Translations under genes and position numbers: made by a program | Origin: Escherichia coli | GTDB taxonomy: Bacteria; Pseudomonadota; Gammaproteobacteria; Enterobacterales; Enterobacteriaceae | Length of the DNA stretch: 64,000 nt | Strand: one strand, 5' to 3' | NCBI RefSeq assembly: GCF_003334765.1 | Contig: NZ_QOWT01000022.1 | The notes under the pieces: model-generated | What the model was told of the DNA's origin: nothing | Database searches by the model: none | What the model saw: only the letters and a program-made list of their open reading frames with translations | Shown: positions 55,382 to 64,000 of the stretch, one piece after another | Layout: every line of letters begins with the position of its first letter | Numbering within the stretch: position 1 is the first letter of the stretch

Positions 55382-55897
55382 TTAGAAGCGGTAACCAACA
55401 CCGGCAATCCAGGTGCCTACGTCAACGCTACGAATACGGCTCTGCTCGTAAGAGAAGTCCAGAGCAACGTTTTCCATCGGGTTGAACTGCAGACCCGCAC
55501 CGTAGGAGAAACCGTAGTCGCTGGTGTCGTGTTTGTAGGTCGGGTATTCAGTGGTCTGGAATTTACCATAACCCACACCCACTACACCGTAGATGCTTGC
55601 CCAGTCGTTAATGCGGTAAGCCGGACCAGCAGTGATGCCGTAGTACTGGTTTTTGTTGTAGTCACCAGAGCTTGCAGTACGGCTTTTCTCGGTGTAAGTG
55701 AAAGAACCGATCACACCCAGCGGGCTGTTGTCTTCTTCATAGCGGTATTTCAGGTTGAAACCGCCCATTTTGTTCATTTGGCCCTGAGCGTCGCTCTGTG
55801 CGTAACCGCCAGTTACAGTAGAAGTCGCAGCTACGGAAGTACCTGCGGTGAAAGCCAGAACTGCGGCCAGTGCTGAAAGACATGCAATTTTTTTCAT
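55382..55897 (-). CDS. ompX: Outer membrane protein OmpX
   Basis: ORF 55382-55903; start at MKKIACLSALAAVLAFTAGTSVA... gives 171 aa, ends in the beta-barrel signature ...GVGYRF. Confidence 0.95.
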   Translation of the reverse strand: MKKIACLSALAAVLAFTAGTSVAATSTVTGGYAQSDAQGQMNKMGGFNLKYRYEEDNSPLGVIGSFTYTEKSRTASSGDYNKNQYYGITAGPAYRINDWASIYGVVGVGYGKFQTTEYPTYKHDTSDYGFSYGAGLQFNPMENVALDFSYEQSRIRSVDVGTWIAGVGYRF

Positions 55898-56249
55898 AAC
55901 CACCTCAAATGTGATTCAAATAAGTCCTAAGTTTTAAATATATCAAAAATTAATGGGAAACTCTTCGCGATTTGTGATGTCTAACGGGCCATTTCATGTA
56001 ACAGAACGTTTCCATACACCGCTATCCATCTAAATTTAAATCACTTTTTCAGAGAACTGCGTAAGTATTACGCATGTTTTCCCTGTCATTCATCCAGATT
56101 ATTCCTAATCACCAGACTAATGATTCCATCAATCCTGGCGCATTTTAGTCAAAACGGGGGAAAATTTTTTCAACAAATGCTCAACCAGCATTGGGTATAT
56201 CCAGTACACTCCACGCTTTACTTAAGTCTAGATATTTGTGGGAGAAAGG

Positions 56250-57137
56250 ATGCCTGGTTCATTACGTAAAATGCCGGTCTGGTTACCAATAGTCATATTG
56301 CTCGTTGCCATGGCGTCTATTCAGGGTGGAGCCTCGTTAGCTAAGTCACTTTTTCCTCTGGTGGGCGCACCGGGTGTCACTGCGCTGCGTCTGGCATTAG
56401 GAACGCTGATCCTCATCGCGTTCTTTAAGCCATGGCGACTGCGCTTTGCCAAAGAGCAACGGTTACCGCTGTTGTTTTACGGCGTTTCGCTGGGTGGGAT
56501 GAATTATCTTTTTTATCTTTCTATTCAGACAGTACCGCTGGGTATTGCGGTGGCGCTGGAGTTCACCGGACCACTGGCGGTGGCGCTGTTCTCTTCTCGT
56601 CGCCCGGTAGATTTCGTCTGGGTTGTGCTGGCGGTTCTTGGTCTGTGGTTCCTGCTACCGCTGGGGCAAGACGTTTCCCATGTCGATTTAACCGGCTGTG
56701 CGCTGGCACTGGGGGCCGGGGCTTGTTGGGCTATTTACATTTTAAGTGGGCAACGCGCAGGAGCGGAACATGGCCCTGCGACGGTGGCAATTGGTTCGTT
56801 GATTGCAGCGTTAATTTTCGTGCCAATTGGAGCGCTTCAGGCTGGTGAAGCACTCTGGCACTGGTCGGTTATTCCATTGGGTCTGGCTGTCGCTATTCTC
56901 TCGACCGCTCTGCCTTATTCGCTGGAAATGATTGCCCTCACCCGTTTGCCAACACGGACATTTGGTACGCTGATGAGCATGGAACCGGCGCTGGCTGCCG
57001 TTTCCGGGATGATTTTCCTCGGAGAAACACTGACACCCATACAGCTACTGGCGCTCGGCGCTATCATCGCCGCTTCAATGGGGTCTACGCTGACAGTACG
57101 CAAAGAGAGCAAAATAAAAGAATTAGACATTAATTAA
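56250..57137 (+). CDS. rhtA: Threonine/homoserine exporter RhtA (YbiF), DMT family
   Basis: ORF 56238-57137; start at MPGSLRKMPVWLP... gives 295 aa. Confidence 0.85.
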   Translation: MPGSLRKMPVWLPIVILLVAMASIQGGASLAKSLFPLVGAPGVTALRLALGTLILIAFFKPWRLRFAKEQRLPLLFYGVSLGGMNYLFYLSIQTVPLGIAVALEFTGPLAVALFSSRRPVDFVWVVLAVLGLWFLLPLGQDVSHVDLTGCALALGAGACWAIYILSGQRAGAEHGPATVAIGSLIAALIFVPIGALQAGEALWHWSVIPLGLAVAILSTALPYSLEMIALTRLPTRTFGTLMSMEPALAAVSGMIFLGETLTPIQLLALGAIIAASMGSTLTVRKESKIKELDIN

Positions 57138-57291
57138 ATTTACATTTCTGCATGGTTATGCATAACCATGCAGAATTTCTCGCTACTTTTCCTCTACACC
57201 GTCTTTATATATCGAATTATGCAAAAGCATATTTATTCCGAAAATTCCTGGCGAGCAGATAAATAAGAATTGTTCTTATCAATATATCTAA

Positions 57292-57939
<648 letters not shown>

Positions 57940-58149
57940 ATCCATCGCTGATGGTGCAGAACTTTAGTACCCGATAAAAGCGGCTTCCTGACAGGAGGCC
58001 GTTTTGTTTTGCAGCCCACCTCAACGCACTTATTTAGTGCATCCATCTGCTATCTCCAGCTGATTAAGTAAATTTTTTGTATCCACATCATCACACAATC
58101 GTTACATAAAGATTGTTTTTTCATCAGGTTTTACGCTAAATAATCACTG

Positions 58150-58201
58150 TGTTGAGTGCACAATTTTAGCGCACCAGATTGGTGCCCCAGAATGGTGCAT
58201 C
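58150..58201. promoter_or_regulatory. NtrC (NRI) binding sites upstream of glnH
   Basis: Palindrome GCACCAGATTGGTGC and adjacent TGGTGCA half-site resemble NtrC sites. Confidence 0.55.
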
Positions 58202-58272
58202 TTCAGGGTATTGCCCTATAAATCGTGCATCACGTTTTTGCCGCATCTCGAAAAATCAAGGAGTTGCAAAAC

Positions 58273-58288
58273 TGGCACGATTTTTTCA
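58273..58288 (+). promoter_or_regulatory. Sigma-54 promoter glnHp2
   Basis: TGGCACGATTTTTTCA, -24 GG / -12 element spacing, ~55 bp upstream of glnH start. Confidence 0.6.
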
Positions 58289-58327
58289 TATATGTGAATG
58301 TCACGCAGGGGATCGTCCCGTGGATAG

Positions 58328-59089
<762 letters not shown>

Positions 59090-59227
59090 TAACGCTACAC
59101 CTGTAAAACGCACTGGCAGTTCCCTCTCCCCTATGGGGAGAGGATTAGGGTGAGGGGCGCAAACCCGCTCCGGGGCCATTAATTACCCTGAATTTGATTA
59201 TTTACACCACGGTAACAGGAACAACAT

Positions 59228-59887
59228 ATGCAGTTTGACTGGAGTGCCATCTGGCCTGCCATTCCGCTTCTGATTGAAGGTGCCAAAATGACCCTGTGGA
59301 TTTCGGTCCTCGGTCTGGCAGGCGGTCTGGTAATCGGATTGCTGGCAGGTTTTGCACGCACCTTCGGAGGTTGGATAGCCAACCACGTCGCGCTGGTCTT
59401 TATTGAAGTGATCCGCGGCACACCTATCGTCGTCCAGGTGATGTTTATTTATTTCGCCCTGCCGATGGCGTTTAACGACTTACGCATCGACCCATTTACT
59501 GCGGCGGTGGTCACCATCATGATCAACTCCGGCGCGTATATTGCGGAAATCACGCGTGGTGCGGTGCTGTCTATCCACAAAGGTTTTCGTGAAGCAGGAC
59601 TGGCGCTCGGTCTTTCACGTTGGGAAACCATTCGCTACGTCATTTTACCGCTGGCACTGCGTCGTATGCTGCCGCCGCTGGGTAACCAGTGGATCATCAG
59701 CATTAAAGACACCTCGCTGTTTATTGTGATCGGCGTGGCGGAACTGACCCGTCAGGGGCAAGAAATTATTGCCGGTAACTTCCGCGCCCTTGAGATCTGG
59801 AGCGCCGTGGCGGTGTTCTATCTGATTATTACCCTGGTGCTGAGCTTTATTCTGCGTCGTCTGGAAAGAAGGATGAAAATCCTGTGA
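59228..59887 (+). CDS. glnP: Glutamine ABC transporter permease GlnP
   Basis: 219-aa permease; stop overlaps glnQ start. Confidence 0.95.
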
Positions 59888-60606
59888 TTGAATTTAAAAA
59901 CGTCTCCAAGCACTTTGGCCCAACCCAGGTGCTGCACAATATCGATTTGAACATTGCCCAGGGCGAAGTCGTGGTGATTATCGGGCCGTCCGGTTCCGGT
60001 AAATCGACCCTGCTGCGCTGCATCAACAAACTGGAAGAAATCACCTCCGGCGATCTGATTGTCGATGGCCTGAAGGTTAACGATCCGAAAGTTGACGAGC
60101 GCCTGATTCGCCAGGAAGCAGGTATGGTGTTCCAGCAGTTTTACCTCTTCCCGCATCTGACAGCGCTGGAAAACGTCATGTTTGGCCCGCTACGCGTGCG
60201 TGGCGCGAACAAAGAAGAGGCGGAAAAACTGGCACGTGAGCTGCTGGCGAAAGTCGGTCTGGCAGAACGTGCACATCACTACCCTTCCGAACTTTCTGGT
60301 GGTCAACAGCAGCGTGTGGCGATTGCCCGCGCGCTGGCGGTGAAGCCGAAAATGATGCTGTTTGATGAACCGACTTCCGCTCTTGACCCGGAACTGCGCC
60401 ATGAAGTGCTGAAGGTTATGCAGGATCTGGCTGAAGAAGGGATGACGATGGTGATCGTGACCCACGAAATCGGTTTTGCCGAGAAAGTAGCTTCGCGGCT
60501 GATCTTTATCGACAAAGGCCGGATTGCGGAAGATGGCAATCCGCAGGTGTTGATCAAGAACCCGCCGAGCCAGCGCTTGCAGGAATTTTTGCAGCACGTC
60601 TCTTAA
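59884..60606 (+). CDS. glnQ: Glutamine ABC transporter ATP-binding protein GlnQ
   Basis: 240 aa; Walker [10 protein letters not shown] and LSGGQQQR signature. Confidence 0.95.
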
Positions 60607-60617
60607 TAAGACACATT

Positions 60618-60717
60618 GCCTGATGCGCTACGCTTATCAGGCCTACAGGATATCTGGCAACTTATTAAAATTGCATGAACTTGTAGGACGGATAAGGCGT
60701 TCACGCCGCATCCGGCA
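60618..60717. repeat. REP elements between glnQ and ybiO
   Basis: GCCTGATGCGCTACGCTTATCAGGCCTAC and GTAGGACGGATAAGGCGTTCACGCCGCATCCGGCA are typical REP palindromes. Confidence 0.8.
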
Positions 60718-60866
60718 AAAAAGCCCGCACGTTGTCAGCAACCTGCTTAATATCCCTTCCTCCCTTTCACCCGAAAGGGAGGCACACCAGATTCCTCTCA
60801 TTTAAAATCGCCCCTCCTCCAGCATCTATACTTATCTTTTTGCTCTATTTTCTCACTGGAGGAGTC

Positions 60867-63092
60867 ATGCGGTGGATCCTGTTCATCCTCTTCTGCCTGC
60901 TGGGCGCACCTGCCCACGCGGTATCCATACCCGGCGTTACAACCACAACGACAACGGACTCAACGACTGAACCGGCCCCGGAACCGGATATCGAACAAAA
61001 AAAAGCAGCCTATGGCGCACTGGCGGATGTGCTGGATAATGACACCTCGCGTAAAGAGTTGATCGACCAGTTGCGCACCGTTGCCGCTACGCCCCCTGCT
61101 GAACCGGTACCAAAAATAGTGCCGCCGACGCTGGTCGAAGAGCAAACCGTGCTGCAAAAGGTCACCGAAGTCAGCCGCCATTATGGTGAAGCCCTTTCCG
61201 CCCGCTTCGGGCAACTTTATCGCAATATCACCGGCTCCCCGCATAAGCCGTTTAATCCACAAACCTTCAGCAATGCGCTGACCCATTTTTCAATGTTAGC
61301 GGTATTAGTGTTTGGTTTTTACTGGCTGATTCGCCTGTGCGCACTGCCGCTGTATCGCAAAATGGGTCAGTGGGCGCGGCAAAAAAATCGTGAGCGCAGC
61401 AACTGGTTGCAGCTTCCGGCGATGATTATCGGGGCGTTTATTATCGACCTGCTGTTACTGGCCCTGACATTATTTGTCGGCCAGGTATTAAGCGACAACC
61501 TGAATGCAGGCAGTCGCACCATCGCTTTCCAACAAAGTTTGTTTCTCAACGCCTTTGCCCTCATTGAATTTTTCAAAGCCGTACTACGCCTGATTTTTTG
61601 CCCAAACGTGGCGGAGCTGCGCCCGTTCACGATTCAGGACGAGAGCGCCCGTTACTGGAGTCGTCGCCTGAGCTGGTTAAGCAGTTTGATAGGTTATGGC
61701 CTGATTGTGGCCGTGCCGATTATCTCTAATCAGGTGAATGTACAGATAGGTGCGCTGGCGAACGTCATCATTATGCTGTGCATGACCGTCTGGGCGTTGT
61801 ACCTGATCTTTCGTAATAAAAAAGAGATTACCCAGCATTTGCTCAACTTCGCGGAGCATTCGCTGGCCTTTTTCAGCCTGTTTATCCGCGCCTTTGCGCT
61901 GGTGTGGCACTGGCTGGCAAGCGCCTATTTTATCGTGCTGTTTTTCTTTTCGTTGTTCGATCCGGGCAACAGCCTGAAATTTATGATGGGTGCAACGGTG
62001 CGCAGCCTGGCGATTATTGGTATCGCAGCGTTTGTTTCCGGTATGTTTTCCCGCTGGCTGGCGAAAACCATCACTCTCTCGCCACATACTCAGCGTAACT
62101 ATCCGGAGCTGCAAAAACGGTTGAATGGCTGGCTGTCGGCGGCGCTGAAAACGGCGCGTATTCTGACAGTCTGCGTGGCGGTAATGTTGCTGTTGAGCGC
62201 ATGGGGATTGTTCGATTTCTGGAACTGGCTGCAAAACGGCGCGGGGCAGAAAACCGTAGATATCCTGATCCGTATCGCACTCATTCTTTTCTTCTCGGCG
62301 GTTGGCTGGACGGTGCTCGCCAGTTTGATCGAAAACCGGCTGGCTTCGGATATTCATGGCCGCCCGCTACCCAGCGCCCGCACGCGTACCCTGCTTACGC
62401 TGTTTCGTAACGCGCTGGCGGTGATTATCAGTACCATCACCATCATGATTGTGTTGTCGGAAATCGGCGTCAATATCGCGCCATTGCTGGCAGGTGCCGG
62501 GGCATTAGGTCTGGCTATCTCGTTTGGTTCGCAAACGCTGGTGAAAGATATTATCACCGGGGTATTTATTCAGTTTGAAAACGGCATGAACACTGGAGAT
62601 TTGGTGACTATCGGGCCGTTGACCGGCACAGTGGAACGGATGTCGATTCGCTCCGTGGGCGTACGACAGGATACCGGGGCGTATCACATCATTCCGTGGT
62701 CTTCGATAACCACCTTTGCTAACTTTGTCCGCGGCATTGGTTCGGTGGTGGCAAATTATGATGTTGATCGCCATGAAGATGCTGATAAAGCCAATCAGGC
62801 ACTGAAAGATGCGGTAGCGGAATTAATGGAAAACGAAGAAATTCGCGGGCTGATTATTGGTGAACCGAATTTTGCCGGGATTGTCGGCTTAAGCAATACC
62901 GCGTTTACACTGCGTGTTTCGTTCACCACGCTGCCACTCAAACAGTGGACGGTACGCTTTGCCCTCGACAGCCAGGTGAAAAAACATTTCGACCTGGCGG
63001 GCGTTCGCGCGCCAGTGCAGACTTATCAGGTGCTGCCTGCTCCGGGCGCGACCCCGGCTGAACCGTTACCGCCGGGGGAACCAACGCTTTAA
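60867..63092 (+). CDS. ybiO: Mechanosensitive channel YbiO (MscS family)
   Basis: ORF 60732-63092; start at [18 protein letters not shown] (signal peptide) preceded by GGAGG gives 741 aa. Confidence 0.9.
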
Positions 63093-64000
63093 CGCTGGCG
63101 ATTGACAAAACGGCGGCGCTGCTCGTCGTTCATAAAGGTCCAGGCAATAAAGCGACTCTGCTTTTGCCCCTGGGCCATCTCTTTTTTAACCACCTTCACC
63201 GCGCCCACGTCCGTCAGGGCACGATACAACGGCGGTAAGTTTTCACCACGAGATACCAGTGATGTAAACCACATCACCTGCTTCGCGAAGCCTTTGCTCT
63301 CTTCAATCATCTTTTTGATAAAGGTGACTTCACCGCCTTCACACCACAACTCCTGTTGCTGGCCGCCAAAGTTCAGTGCATCGTCTTTGTTCAGCCCCAG
63401 GTTACGGCGTTTACGCTCACTACCTGCCCGTGCCGCAGCGGCGGAATCGTGGAATGGCGGGTTACACAAGGTCGCGTCGTATTGCTCGTTTTTATGGATG
63501 ATGCCGTTAAAAATCGCCCCACTCTCTTTTTGCCGACGCAGACGAATGGCGCGGTTAAGCCCCGGATTAGAACTGATAATCGCCTGCGCACTGCTTAACG
63601 CCTGGCTGCTGGTTTCACTACCGGTAAAACGCCAGCCATATTCATGTACGCCAATCAGCGGATAAATACAGTTCGCACCAACGCCGATATCCAGAATGCT
63701 GGCATTCGCTGGAATTGTTCCGCTTGCTTCTGCCAGTAAATCGGCAAGGTGATGAATATAATCCGCCCGGCCCGGTACTGGTGGGCAGAGAAAACCGTCG
63801 GGGATATCCCAGTTCGCTACGGCGTAAAAATGGGCCAGCAACGCCTTATTGAGCGCCTTCACCGCCAGCGGATTGGCAAAGTCTACGCTTTGCTCCCCGG
63901 CGGGTGTAAGCGTGAGGAATTGCCTGAGTTCAGGATTGACCTGACAAAGCGTGGCGAGATCGTAGCGGCTGTGATGACGGTTGCGCGGATGCAACCCCGG
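63089..64000 (-). CDS. rlmF: 23S rRNA m6A1618 methyltransferase RlmF (YbiN); 5' end beyond the window edge
   Basis: Product ...[26 protein letters not shown]... with DPPF-like motif NPPFH; frame stays open upstream of the listed Met to the window end. Confidence 0.85.

Noticed and set aside
59100-59180. GC-rich palindromic element between glnH and glnP (CCCTCTCCCCTATGGGGAGAGG...)
   Set aside because: Looks like an ordinary intergenic stem-loop or REP-like element within the glnHPQ operon; nothing suggests a novel function.
61677-62357. 226-aa minus-strand ORF
   Set aside because: Antisense within ybiO; spurious.

Overview
The window splits into two parts. Positions ~18,300-64,000 are ordinary Escherichia coli core chromosome, recognised from memory as the K-12 rlmF(ybiN)-ybiO-glnQPH-dps-rhtA-ompX-opgE-mntR-ybiR-ldtB-ybiT-ybiU-ybiV-ybiW-ybiY-fsaA-moeBA-iaaA-gsiABCD-pdeI-dgcI-rimO-bssR-yliI-gstB-dacC-deoR-ybjG-mdfA-ybjH-ybjI-ybjJ-rcdA block in reverse orientation. 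Positions 1-~18,300 are the int-proximal arm of a P2/186-family prophage inserted beside rcdA, running off the left edge inside tail-fibre gene H. Recognisable phage genes are int, a 186-type CI, apl/cox, CII, a TraR-like zinc finger, Dam, replication protein A, a LexA-boxed tum/DinI-like module, and tail genes R, S, V, W, J, I, H. The prophage looks defective: a portal fragment abuts tail gene R, with capsid, terminase and lysis genes absent. Around a cos-like site it carries strongly AT-rich cargo that I cannot assign to any family: a translationally coupled three-gene operon (7346-10096) and a two-gene cassette (5928-7040), plus a membrane-protein moron between S and V (3853-4659). The three-gene operon is the best candidate for an undescribed system, plausibly anti-phage defence, but that is inference from position and composition only. 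All homology calls are from reading the translations and from memory; no searches were run.
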